Below are positions 22,686 through 31,720 of a stretch of DNA of 64,000 bases, one piece after another. Position 1 is the stretch's first letter, and each line of letters starts with the position of its first letter. The DNA is from Bordetella parapertussis (GTDB lineage: Bacteria > Pseudomonadota > Gammaproteobacteria > Burkholderiales > SG8-39), in NCBI GenBank assembly GCA_945862265.1, contig CAMAXP010000008.1, positions 543-64,542 on the forward strand. The letters run 5' to 3'. The notes under the pieces are model-generated. The model ran no database searches. It was not told the origin of the DNA and worked only from the letters and a program-made list of their open reading frames with translations. The translations under genes were made by a program, and so were the position numbers.

Positions 22686-22733
22686 AAAAACGGCCGTGCG
22701 GCCGATCGGGGTCTTACCCTTTGGGCCGCACGG
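22686..22733 (-). terminator. Rho-independent terminator downstream of fliC
   Basis: On the minus strand: CCGTGCGGCC, a 20-nt loop, GGCCGCACGG, then CCGTTTTT. That is a perfect 10-bp G+C-rich stem followed by a T5 run. Confidence 0.6.
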
Positions 22734-22747
22734 TCACGGGGGGGCGG

Positions 22748-23929
22748 TTAGCCGCGGAGCAGCGCGAGCACCGAGTTCGGCAGCGAGTTCGCCTGGGCGA
22801 GCATCGCGGTACCGGCCTGCTGCAGGATGTTGGCGCGGGTCAGCGAGGCCGAGGCGGCCGCGTAGTCCGTGTCCTGGATCGCCGATTGCGCGGCGGTCAG
22901 GTTTTGCGAGGTGCTCTGCGCGTTCGAGGCTGCAGTCGTCAGGCGGTTCTGCACCGCGCCGATCGTCGCACGCTCGTTGCTGAAGTAGTCCAGCGCGCCG
23001 TCGACCTGCGACATCAGGGCCGTCGCGTTGGTCTGCGAGGAGGTGCCCGTGAAGTTCGTGATTGCGGTGGCAAGTGCGGCGAGCGAGCCGGCGGACGAGA
23101 CACGCATGTCGGCGAACGACAGGCTGACCTGGTCGCTGGCGGTCGTGCCGGCGCCGACCTGCAGCGTGACGGCGCCCGAGCCTGCGGTGGTCTTGATGGT
23201 GTTGGTGTCGATTGCGGCACCGATCAGGTCGGAGGTGTCGCCGGCCACCGAGGAGAGCGAGAACTTCACGCCGAGTTGGTCGAAGTTGAGCGTCCTCGTG
23301 CTGTTGGCGGCCACACCGCCCACGAACGCGACCGTCTGGCTCACGGTGCCGTCGCTCAGGGTCAGCGCGTTGTCGCCGGCGGTGTACGCGGCGATCGTGA
23401 ACGTCTTGCCACCCTTGGCCGCCGAGACGTCGATCGAGGTCACCGAAGCGGCGCCGGCGGCGAAGCCCGTGCCGATCGTGCCGGTGACGTCGAGGGTCGT
23501 GGACAGCGCGCCGGTGAGCAGGCTCTGGCCGTTGAACTTGGTGCTGTTGCCGATCGCGTCCATCTCGGTCTTGAGCTGGCCGACTTCCGTTGCGATGTAG
23601 CCGCGGTCGGTGTCGGAGATCGTGCCGTTGGCGGCCTGCGTGCCCAGTTCCTTCATGCGCTGGAGCATGTTCTGGATCTGGCTCATCCCGCCTTCAGCGG
23701 TCTGCAGCATCGAGATGCCGTCGTTGGCGTTGCGCACGGCCTGGTTCAGGCTCGAGACCTGGGCGGACATCCGCTGGGACACCGCTAGGCCGGCCGCGTC
23801 GTCTTTGGCCGAGTTGATGCGCAGGCCGGAGGACAGCTGGGCCATCGCGTTGGTCTGCGCGCCCTGGGATTTCGTGAGGTTGAACTGCGCCATCAGCGAG
23901 TTCATGTTGGTGTTGATGGACATTGTCAT
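22748..23929 (-). CDS. fliC: Flagellin
   Basis: MTMSINTNMNSLMAQFNLTKSQ...LSSGLRINSAKDDAAGLA and C-terminal ILQQAGTAMLAQANSLPNSVLALLRG. Confidence 0.95.
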   Translation of the reverse strand: MTMSINTNMNSLMAQFNLTKSQGAQTNAMAQLSSGLRINSAKDDAAGLAVSQRMSAQVSSLNQAVRNANDGISMLQTAEGGMSQIQNMLQRMKELGTQAANGTISDTDRGYIATEVGQLKTEMDAIGNSTKFNGQSLLTGALSTTLDVTGTIGTGFAAGAASVTSIDVSAAKGGKTFTIAAYTAGDNALTLSDGTVSQTVAFVGGVAANSTRTLNFDQLGVKFSLSSVAGDTSDLIGAAIDTNTIKTTAGSGAVTLQVGAGTTASDQVSLSFADMRVSSAGSLAALATAITNFTGTSSQTNATALMSQVDGALDYFSNERATIGAVQNRLTTAASNAQSTSQNLTAAQSAIQDTDYAAASASLTRANILQQAGTAMLAQANSLPNSVLALLRG

Positions 23930-24045
23930 TTTGAAATCTCCTGAAGCGTTGGTTGGCTGATTCCGGCCCGGGGGAGGGTTCCGGTGACTTTGGTTCTCCC
24001 CGTCTGATCCGTTTGAGGACGAGATTTGAACCGCCGTTGAGGGCC

Positions 24046-24073
24046 TTATCGGGCTCCCCTCCGGAAAACTTTA
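24046..24073 (-). promoter_or_regulatory. Putative sigma-28 (FliA) class III promoter of fliC
   Basis: The minus strand reads CTAAAGTTTTCCGGAGGGGAGCCCGATAAG, compared with the consensus TAAAGTTT-N11-GCCGATAA. It lies about 120 nt upstream of the fliC ATG. Confidence 0.55.
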
Positions 24074-24316
24074 GCCCCCTGTGACTTTCCCAGCGCTGTG
24101 CACGAGAGGCAGGTTAGCAACGCGCAGCCCTCGCCCAGTGGCTGATAAGAGGGAGGAACGGGCGCCTATTCCGCACGGTAGTCCGGCTGACGTAAGAAGA
24201 CTTCCTACAAAATTTTCAGCGTTTTCCTGATTGTCGGACCCGCCCGGCGGGCAGAAGATTCGGGCGTACCAAGAAACAACCAGTCAACGCTGATTCTTTT
24301 ACTTCGGGGGAAGAAA

Positions 24317-24631
24317 ATGAATACGGAAACGATGCTCGACGAAATCCGCGACGCCAACCTCACCTACCTGATGCTGGCCCAGGCCCTGATCCGCAAGGAC
24401 CGCGCGCAGGCCCTGTTCCGCCTCGGACTGTCCGAGGAAGTCGCCGACGTGGTGGCCGGCCTTTCCGCCGCGCAGATCCTCAAGATTGCCGCGTCCAATA
24501 TGGTGATGTGCCGGTTCCGGTTCGACGACCAGGTGGTCTGGAACCTGCTGACCAGCCATGGCCGCGACAAGGAAGTGTCGGGTGTGCACGCGGCGATCCT
24601 CATGGCCGGCCGACTCGCGCAAGCCGCCTAA
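24317..24631 (+). CDS. flhD: Flagellar master regulator FlhD
   Basis: LDEIRDANLTYLMLAQALIRKD...AASNMVMCRFRFDD is the FlhD signature. Confidence 0.93.
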   Translation: MNTETMLDEIRDANLTYLMLAQALIRKDRAQALFRLGLSEEVADVVAGLSAAQILKIAASNMVMCRFRFDDQVVWNLLTSHGRDKEVSGVHAAILMAGRLAQAA

Positions 24632-25170
24632 TGGCAAAGGGAAAGAGCATCGTCGGCGAAAGCCGCGACATCGGCAGGGCGGTCGAGCTGATCAAGCTGG
24701 GCGCCCGCCTGCAGGTCCTCGAGTCGGAGACCAGGCTTTCGCGCGAGCGATTGCTGCGCCTCTATAAGGAAGTGCAGGGCAAGTCGCCACCCAAGGGCAT
24801 GCTGCCGTTCTCGACCGACTGGTTCATGACCTGGCAGCCGAACGTCCACAGCTCGCTTTTCATGAACATCTACAGCTTTCTCGACAAGACTACCGAACTC
24901 GATGAAATCGACGCGATCATCAAGGCCTACCAGTTGTACCTGGAGCAGGCCGGTTCGCATGGCCTGGAGACCGTGTTGTCGGTGACCCGGGCCTGGCGCC
25001 TGGTGAAGTTCTTCGATGCGGGCATGCTGACGACCGTGCCGTGTACCAAGTGCGGTGGCCACTTCGTGGCCCACACGATGGACCTGCACGACCATTTCGT
25101 CTGCGGCCTGTGCAACATGCCTTCCCGCGCCGGCAAGACCCGCGCGGCGGCGGAAAGACGGGCTGCTTAG
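24631..25170 (+). CDS. flhC: Flagellar master regulator FlhC
   Basis: KSIVGESRDIGRAVELIKLGARLQVLESET... plus a C-terminal Cys4 zinc site (CTKCGGHFV...VCGLC). TAATG overlap with flhD. Confidence 0.93.
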   Translation: MAKGKSIVGESRDIGRAVELIKLGARLQVLESETRLSRERLLRLYKEVQGKSPPKGMLPFSTDWFMTWQPNVHSSLFMNIYSFLDKTTELDEIDAIIKAYQLYLEQAGSHGLETVLSVTRAWRLVKFFDAGMLTTVPCTKCGGHFVAHTMDLHDHFVCGLCNMPSRAGKTRAAAERRAA

Positions 25171-25376
25171 CCAGACAGGATCTCCCCTCAAGCTTTTCAA
25201 GTAGTTGCGGTGCAAGCTGTTTGCAGTAGCGGTAGTTCTTCAATAGGCACCCGGTCCAGCCGGCAGACAGCCGGCGGGCGGGGGCCCGGTTTTTTCCCGG
25301 CCGTCCCGCCTTCCGCCTCAAGAGTTCCGGATTCGTGCCGTCAATCAAGGCACAAGCACTCGCGGGACCAAAAGCC

Positions 25377-26339
25377 ATGCTGATCATCATTGGATACCTC
25401 ATCGTCATCGGGTCCGTCTTCGGGGGGTATGCGCTGGCGGGCGGGCACCTGGCTGCGCTGATGCAGCCGCTCGAGCTGCTCATGATCGGCGGCGCCGCGG
25501 TGGGCGCGTTCCTGGTCGGCAATCCCGTGAAGACGCTCAAGGCGACCTTCAAGGCACTGCCGTCGATGCTGAAGGGCTCCAAGTACACCAAGGCGCTGTA
25601 CATGGAGCTGATGGCACTGCTCTACGAAATCCTCACCAAGGTGAGGAAGGAAGGGCTGATGTCGATCGAGGGGGACATCGAGGCGGTGCATGAGAGCCCC
25701 CTGTTCAACAAGTACCCGGACATCGTTGCCGACCACCACCTCGTCGAGTTCCTGACCGACTACCTGCGCCTGATCGTCTCGGGGAACCTGAACCCGATGG
25801 AGATCGAGAACCTGATGGACAACGAGATCGACACGCACCACCACGAAGGCAACATCCCGGCCCAGGCGATCCAGAAGGTCGGCGACGGCCTGCCCGCGTT
25901 CGGCATCGTCGCGGCGGTGATGGGTGTGGTGCACACCATGGGCTCGGTGGGCCTGGACACGACCAACATCCGCTTTCTCGTGGTGGACGATTTCTCCACC
26001 ATGCGCCGCATCGTGAGGAACCTCCTCAAGGAGATCGGCCACGCCAACGTAGACGAGGCCGAGGACGGCCAGGTTGCGCTGAACAAGCTGAAGGCGAATG
26101 CCTTCGACTTCGTCGTGTCGGACATCAACATGCCGAACATGAACGGCTTCGAGCTGCTGCGCAACATCCGCGAGGACGTGGCCCTGAAGAAGCTGCCGGT
26201 GCTGCTGGTGACGGCCGAAGCCAAGAAGGAGGACATCATCCTTGCCGCGCAGATCGGCGCGTCCGGCTATATCGTCAAACCCTTCACCAAGGCGACCCTC
26301 GAAGAGAAACTCGCCAAGATCCTCGCAAAGGCAGCCTGA
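25377..26339 (+). CDS. Hybrid ORF: MotA N-terminal ~190 aa fused in frame to an essentially complete CheY receiver domain
   Basis: aa 1-192 match MotA ([25 protein letters not shown]...[17 protein letters not shown]). From [22 protein letters not shown]...[11 protein letters not shown]...[10 protein letters not shown]...[19 protein letters not shown] the sequence is CheY. MotA TM3/TM4 are missing. Confidence 0.85.
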   Translation: MLIIIGYLIVIGSVFGGYALAGGHLAALMQPLELLMIGGAAVGAFLVGNPVKTLKATFKALPSMLKGSKYTKALYMELMALLYEILTKVRKEGLMSIEGDIEAVHESPLFNKYPDIVADHHLVEFLTDYLRLIVSGNLNPMEIENLMDNEIDTHHHEGNIPAQAIQKVGDGLPAFGIVAAVMGVVHTMGSVGLDTTNIRFLVVDDFSTMRRIVRNLLKEIGHANVDEAEDGQVALNKLKANAFDFVVSDINMPNMNGFELLRNIREDVALKKLPVLLVTAEAKKEDIILAAQIGASGYIVKPFTKATLEEKLAKILAKAA

Positions 26340-26340
26340 C

Positions 26341-26811
26341 ATGGGCAATGCAGCCGAATTGGATGACCTCGAGGCCCTGTTCGACCAGGTGGCCGCCGAG
26401 ACCCGCGCAGCGCAGGCCGTCCCTGCGCCCGTGACCGAATCCGTCCCTGCCACCGGCGCCGCGCCAGCCAACGAATCCGCTCATGATATTTGCGCAGTCC
26501 CCACCGTTGCACCGGGCGAGGATCAAATCTTCCACCGGGTCGGCCACCTCACTCGCACGCTGCACGATGCGCTGCGGGAACTGGGCTACGACCGCAATCT
26601 CGAGAGCGCCGTGCAGGGCCTGCCTGACGCGCGTGACCGGCTCAATTACATTGCCACCCTGACCGGCCAGGCCGCTGACCGTGCCCTGTCGGCGGTCGAG
26701 TATGGGCAGGAAATCCAGAAGGCCCAGCTGGGCGTGACCGAATCGCGCATCTGCCAGTTGCATACCCAGGCGGTGGCGCGCCTGCGCACCAGGATGAAGG
26801 AGTGGTCGTGA
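26341..26811 (+). CDS. Hybrid ORF: CheZ N-terminal ~120 aa fused in frame to the last ~30 aa of sigma-28 FliA
   Basis: IFHRVGHLTRTLHDALRELGYD...LPDARDRLNYIATLTGQAADRALSAVE matches CheZ. The C-terminal LGVTESRICQLHTQAVARLRTRMKEW matches the FliA region 4.2 HTH end. Confidence 0.72.
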   Translation: MGNAAELDDLEALFDQVAAETRAAQAVPAPVTESVPATGAAPANESAHDICAVPTVAPGEDQIFHRVGHLTRTLHDALRELGYDRNLESAVQGLPDARDRLNYIATLTGQAADRALSAVEYGQEIQKAQLGVTESRICQLHTQAVARLRTRMKEWS

Positions 26812-26812
26812 G

Positions 26813-27988
26813 ATGGCACTGATCGGGTTGGCGTCGCTCGCGCGCATGGCCTTTTCCGGCGCGGACCTCGCGCCGATCGGGGCGCAGCTGCTTGCTCGCG
26901 CGGCCGAGGATCCGGAGGATGCCGATGCGCTGATGGACATGTCCGCCGTGCTGCACCTGCGCGGCAATCGAGACCTGGGGCTCGCGCTTCAGGCGCAGGC
27001 GCTGGACCTGCGGCAGGTGTACCGCGTCGGCACAGGCGAGGGGCTGAAGGTCCTGGTGCTGGTCAGCCCGGGCGACCTGGCCGAGAACAACGTGCTGGAG
27101 TTCCTGCTCGAAGAATCGAGCGTTACGCTCGAGATGCTGTATGTGTCGATCGACCTCCCGCTGCCTTCGCCGTTGCCGGAACATGACCTCGCCTTCGTCG
27201 CCGTGTGCGAGACGGACCTCAACCGGCCGCTGCTCAGGCACCTGGAAGGCGTGCTGGCGCACTGGCCGCACCCGGTGCTCAACCGCCCGGGGCGGATTGC
27301 GCGGCTCTCGCGCGATGGCGCTTGCGCCGTACTGGGGGCGGTGCCTGGGGCGTACATCCCGACCACCGTGCGGGTCGATCGCACCGCGCTGGCGCGGATA
27401 GGCGAAGGCGCGTCGATCAAGGCCTTCTTCGGAGGCGGTTACCCGGTCATCGCCCGGCCCGTCGATTCGCACAAGGGGCAGGGGCTCGCCAGGCTGGAAG
27501 ATCCAGCGTCGGTGCTCGACTACCTGGTCGATCGTCCAGAAACCTTCTTCTACCTGTCGCCCTTCGTTGACTACCAGTGCGCCGACGGGCAGTACCGGAA
27601 ATACCGAATCGTCTTCATCGAAGGGCGCCCTTACGCCTGCCACATGGCGATCTCGTCCAACTGGATGGTGCACTACATGAGCGCGGGCATGGCCGCGAGC
27701 GCCACCAAGCGCGCCGAGGAACAGCGCTTCATGGAGGACTTCGATATCCATTTCGCGTTGCGGCACCGCGAGGCCCTGGCCGCGCTGAGCGACCGGCTCG
27801 GACTGGAGTATGTCGGGATCGACTGCGGGGAGACGCCGGAAGGCAAGCTGCTGATCTTCGAAGTCGACAGCGGCATGACGGTGCACGCGATGGACGGGGT
27901 GGATGTGTTCCCGTACAAGCAGGTGCAGATGAAGAAGGTGTTCCGGGCGTTCCGGGAGATGCTCGAAGCCCGCCTCAGTCGCCCTTGA
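26813..27988 (+). CDS. ATP-grasp (RimK/glutathione-synthetase-like) domain protein with helical N-terminal region
   Basis: The C-terminal half (PVIARPVDSHKGQGL...YRKYRIVFIEGRPYACHMAIS...EYVGIDCGE..GKLLIFEVDSGM) resembles ATP-grasp ligases. Confidence 0.65.
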   Translation: MALIGLASLARMAFSGADLAPIGAQLLARAAEDPEDADALMDMSAVLHLRGNRDLGLALQAQALDLRQVYRVGTGEGLKVLVLVSPGDLAENNVLEFLLEESSVTLEMLYVSIDLPLPSPLPEHDLAFVAVCETDLNRPLLRHLEGVLAHWPHPVLNRPGRIARLSRDGACAVLGAVPGAYIPTTVRVDRTALARIGEGASIKAFFGGGYPVIARPVDSHKGQGLARLEDPASVLDYLVDRPETFFYLSPFVDYQCADGQYRKYRIVFIEGRPYACHMAISSNWMVHYMSAGMAASATKRAEEQRFMEDFDIHFALRHREALAALSDRLGLEYVGIDCGETPEGKLLIFEVDSGMTVHAMDGVDVFPYKQVQMKKVFRAFREMLEARLSRP

Positions 27989-28016
27989 CCGAGGCGGCCC
28001 ACCGGCGTTGACCGGG

Positions 28017-30602
28017 TTAAGCCAGTGCCTTGCCGACGATCTCGGCCACGTCGCGCGACAGCCCGTCCGTGCCCAGCACCCGCTCCAGCGCCGCCTTGGC
28101 GTGGGCCTGGCGGCCCGCATCGAATTTCCTCCAGCGGTCAAAGCACCGGGCGACGCGCGCGGCGACCTGCGGATTCAGGGTGTCGATGGCGATGACCTGG
28201 TCGGCGGCAAAGGCATAGCCGCCGCCGTCGGCCGCGTGGAAGCGCACATGGTTGGCGGCGACGAACGCGCGGATCAGCGAATAAATCTTGTTCGGGTTCT
28301 TGATGTCGAACGCCGGGTGCGCGGTGAGCCGCTTCACTTCGGCCAGCGTCCCGGGCAGGCGCGCGGTGGCCTGCACGGCGAGCCACTTGTCCACCACCAG
28401 CGGCTCGTCCTTCCAGCGCGCATGGAAGGACTCCAGCGCCGGTGCGCGCTCCGCACAGTCGGTGTTGGCCAGCAGCGTCAATGCCGCCATCGCATCGGTC
28501 ATGTTGTCGGCGGTTTCGAACTGCTTCACGCACAGCGCGCGGACTTCGGCGTCGTCGAGTTCCATCAACACGCCGAGGCATAGGTTCTTCAGCGAGCGCT
28601 TGCCTGCGGAGGTCGAGTCGGGCGAGTAGGGGGCGTCGATCGTCATCGAGCGGTAGGTGGCGAGCAATTCCACGCGCAGCGCGCCGGCCAGCTGGCGGCG
28701 CAGGCCGTTCCTCGCAGCGTGCAGCGCGTCGGGATCCACCACATCCATCTGCTCGGCAAGCGTGGTTTCCGAAGGCAGGCCAAGGGCTTCGCTCGCGAAC
28801 GCGGGGTCCTGCGCCGCATCCTTCAGCACGCGCGCCCATGCATCGATGAACGAGCGCGGGGCGGCCTTGGTGCCGCCGAGCAAGAGGCCGGTAGCGAGGC
28901 GCTGTCCTGCTTCCCAGCGGTTGAAGGCGTCCGAATCGTGCGCCATCAGGTGCGCAAGTTCCGCCTCCGTGTACGGGTACTTCGCAATCACTGGCGCGGA
29001 AAAGCCGCGCAGGATCGAGGGAACGGGTTTCGCCGGGATATCCTCGAAGACGATCTTTTCTTCGGCGGTCTTGAGCGACACCAGTCGCGAGGCGAAGTCC
29101 GTTCCGTCCGGCCCGACAAGGCCGACGGCGAACGGGATGTGGAAGGGAAGCTTCTCGGGTTGCCCCGGCGTGGGCGGGCAGGACTGCTTGACCGTGAGTG
29201 TGTAGCGCTTGGCGGTCTCGTCGTACTCGCCGGAGATGTCGAGCATCGGCGTGCCGGCCTGGTCGTACCAGCGCTTGAACTGGGTGAGGTCGATGCCCGA
29301 GGCGTCCTGCATGGCGGCGACGAAATCGTCCGTGGTCACCGCCTGGCCGTCGTGGCGTTCGAAGTAAAGGTCCATCCCCTTGCGAAAGAGGTCCGGCCCG
29401 AGCAGCGTGTGCTGCATGCGCACGACTTCGGCGCCTTTCTCGTACACGGTCATCGTGTAGAAGTTGCGGATCTCCATGTACGACTGCGGCCGCACCGGGT
29501 GGGCCATCGGGCCCGCGTCCTCGGGGAACTGCGCGCTGCGCAGGCCACGCACCTCCTGGATGCGCTGCACCGGGCGCGAGTACATGTCCGCGCCGTACTC
29601 CTGGTCGCGGAACACCGTGAGGCCTTCCTTGAGCGAGAGCTGGAACCAGTCGCGGCAGGTCACGCGGTCGCCGGTCCAGTTGTGGAAGTACTCGTGCGCG
29701 ACCACGCGGTCGATGTTCTGGTAGTCGATGTCGGTCGCCACGTCGGGGCGCGCCAGCACGTACTTGGTGTTGAAGATGTTGAGGCCCTTGTTCTCCATCG
29801 CGCCGGAGTTGAAGTCGCCTACCGCCACGATCATGTACTGGTCGAGATCGAGTTCGAGGCCGTACACCTCCTCGTCCCACTTCATCGAGCTCTTGAGGCA
29901 CTGCATCGCGAAGCCGCTCTGGTCGAGCTTGCCGGGTTCCACGTAGATCGCGAGCCGCGCCTGCCGGCCGGACTTGGTGACGAAAGCGTCCTCGAGCATC
30001 TCGAGCTTGGCCGCGACCATCGCAAACAGGTACGAGGGCTTGGGGTGCGGGTCGACGAATTTCGCCCAGTGACGCCCGCCGCGCTGCTCGCCCGAGCCGA
30101 CCAGGTTGCCGTTGGACAGCAGCACCGGGTACTTCTCCTTGTTGGCGCGCACGGTGACGGTGTACTTCGCCATCACGTCCGGGCGGTCGAGGAACCAGGT
30201 GATGCGGCGAAAGCCCTGGGCCTCGCATTGCGTCACGAAGCCCGCCTTGGTGGCGTAGAGGCCTTCGAGGTTCGTGTTCTTCTGCGGGACGATGACAACG
30301 ACCGTCTCGAGCTTGAAAGTGTCGGGCACCGCAGGGATCGTCAGCCGCTCGGCTTCAACCATGTAGCTTTCCGGCGCGAGCTTCTTCCCGTCGATCGCGA
30401 TCGACTGCAGCTCGAGTTCGTCACCGTTCAGCACCAGCGGGGCCGAGGAATCGGCGGCATCCGGGTTGCGGTTCAACATCAGTCGCGCGCGCACGATGGC
30501 ATCTTCCTCGCGGATCTCGATTTCGAGTTCGACGGTCGAGACCAGGAACGCGGGCGGCGTGTAGTCCTTGAGATGGATGGTCTTGGGCGTGGGTTCGCGC
30601 AT
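28017..30602 (-). CDS. pepN: Aminopeptidase N
   Basis: 861 aa with GAMENKGLNIF and the HEYFHNWTGDRVTCRDWFQLSLKEG zinc motif (HExxH-18-E). Confidence 0.95.
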   Translation of the reverse strand: MREPTPKTIHLKDYTPPAFLVSTVELEIEIREEDAIVRARLMLNRNPDAADSSAPLVLNGDELELQSIAIDGKKLAPESYMVEAERLTIPAVPDTFKLETVVVIVPQKNTNLEGLYATKAGFVTQCEAQGFRRITWFLDRPDVMAKYTVTVRANKEKYPVLLSNGNLVGSGEQRGGRHWAKFVDPHPKPSYLFAMVAAKLEMLEDAFVTKSGRQARLAIYVEPGKLDQSGFAMQCLKSSMKWDEEVYGLELDLDQYMIVAVGDFNSGAMENKGLNIFNTKYVLARPDVATDIDYQNIDRVVAHEYFHNWTGDRVTCRDWFQLSLKEGLTVFRDQEYGADMYSRPVQRIQEVRGLRSAQFPEDAGPMAHPVRPQSYMEIRNFYTMTVYEKGAEVVRMQHTLLGPDLFRKGMDLYFERHDGQAVTTDDFVAAMQDASGIDLTQFKRWYDQAGTPMLDISGEYDETAKRYTLTVKQSCPPTPGQPEKLPFHIPFAVGLVGPDGTDFASRLVSLKTAEEKIVFEDIPAKPVPSILRGFSAPVIAKYPYTEAELAHLMAHDSDAFNRWEAGQRLATGLLLGGTKAAPRSFIDAWARVLKDAAQDPAFASEALGLPSETTLAEQMDVVDPDALHAARNGLRRQLAGALRVELLATYRSMTIDAPYSPDSTSAGKRSLKNLCLGVLMELDDAEVRALCVKQFETADNMTDAMAALTLLANTDCAERAPALESFHARWKDEPLVVDKWLAVQATARLPGTLAEVKRLTAHPAFDIKNPNKIYSLIRAFVAANHVRFHAADGGGYAFAADQVIAIDTLNPQVAARVARCFDRWRKFDAGRQAHAKAALERVLGTDGLSRDVAEIVGKALA

Positions 30603-30759
30603 GGGGGATGCCTTTCGGGGGTCTTGCCGGGAGAGGGCGGATTCTACCGGTTATGGGGGGAAACCATTGTCCGGATGCATTGTGCCGGCCCTCCGCCATT
30701 GCAAGTCCCGCCGTGGCAAGGCTAAGATGCCTTCGCTGCACACCAAGGAGACCAAAACC

Positions 30760-31710
30760 ATGAAAAAAATCGCCGTTTCCGTACTCGCCGCTTTCGGCTG
30801 CGCCCTTTTCGCTGCGCCCGCATCCGCCGCCTTCCCCGACCGCCCCATCAAGTTGATCGTTCCGTGGGCCGCGGGCGGGGACACCGACAACATCTTCCGG
30901 CCTTTCGCACCGCTGCTGCAGAAGCACGTCGGCCAGACCGTGGTCATCGCCAACGTCGGCGGCGCTTCGGGCACCAAGGGCGCCAAGGACGCGAAAGATT
31001 CGCCCGCCGACGGCTACACGGTCTTCGCCGTACACGATTACATCCATTCCACCTACTACGCAGGCGTGGCCGATGTCGCCTACACCGATTTCGAGCCGAT
31101 CTGCCTGATCGCCACGACGCCGTCGGTGCTGACCGCGAGCCCGAAGACGTCCTGGACCGACTGGAAGGGCCTGCTGGCCGACGCCAAGGCGCGGCCGGGG
31201 CAGATCACGGTAGGCGCGACGCTCGCCTCGACCAGCCATTTCTTTCCCGCGCTGGTGGAGAAGGCCGCGGGCATCAAGTTCAAGTACGTGTCCTACGAGG
31301 GCCTCGCGCCGCGCATGAACGCCATTCTCGGCGGCCACACCGACCTGACCGACTCCAACCTGACCCAGAAGGGCAAGGTCGACGCGGGGCAGCTGCGCTT
31401 CATCGCCATCGCTTCCGAGAAGCGCAACGCCGAGATTCCCAACGTGCCCACGCTCAAGGAACTCGGCGTGAACGTGGTCTACGACGTGAACCGCGGGTTG
31501 CTGGTGCCCAAGGGCACGCCGGCCGACGTGCAGGCCAAGCTCGAGTCCTCGTGCATGGCCGCGGCGAAGGAGCCGGCGTTCGCCGAAGCCATGAAGAAGC
31601 AGGGCACCGAAGCCCGCTTCCTCGGGCGCAAGGAATACGGCGCCTGGCTGAAGAAGAACGACGACCTGAACCGGGACATCACGAAGGACCTCGGCCTGAT
31701 GAAGCGCTGA
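30760..31710 (+). CDS. tctC: Tripartite tricarboxylate transporter substrate-binding protein
   Basis: AAGGAG RBS and signal peptide MKKIAVSVLAAFGCALFAAPASA, then FPDRPIKLIVPWAAGG. Adjacent to tctB and tctA. Confidence 0.85.
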   Translation: MKKIAVSVLAAFGCALFAAPASAAFPDRPIKLIVPWAAGGDTDNIFRPFAPLLQKHVGQTVVIANVGGASGTKGAKDAKDSPADGYTVFAVHDYIHSTYYAGVADVAYTDFEPICLIATTPSVLTASPKTSWTDWKGLLADAKARPGQITVGATLASTSHFFPALVEKAAGIKFKYVSYEGLAPRMNAILGGHTDLTDSNLTQKGKVDAGQLRFIAIASEKRNAEIPNVPTLKELGVNVVYDVNRGLLVPKGTPADVQAKLESSCMAAAKEPAFAEAMKKQGTEARFLGRKEYGAWLKKNDDLNRDITKDLGLMKR

Positions 31711-31720
31711 GGGACCCCAG

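Noticed and set aside
25171-25376. G+C-rich near-palindromes and a T6 run between flhC and motA as a terminator
   Set aside because: The candidate arms (GGCCCGG and CCCGGCC) are not complementary when checked base by base.
28138-30725. 696-aa (-) and 668-aa (+) ORFs overlapping pepN
   Set aside because: They are low-complexity shadow ORFs. The pepN frame carries the GAMEN and HExxH-E motifs.
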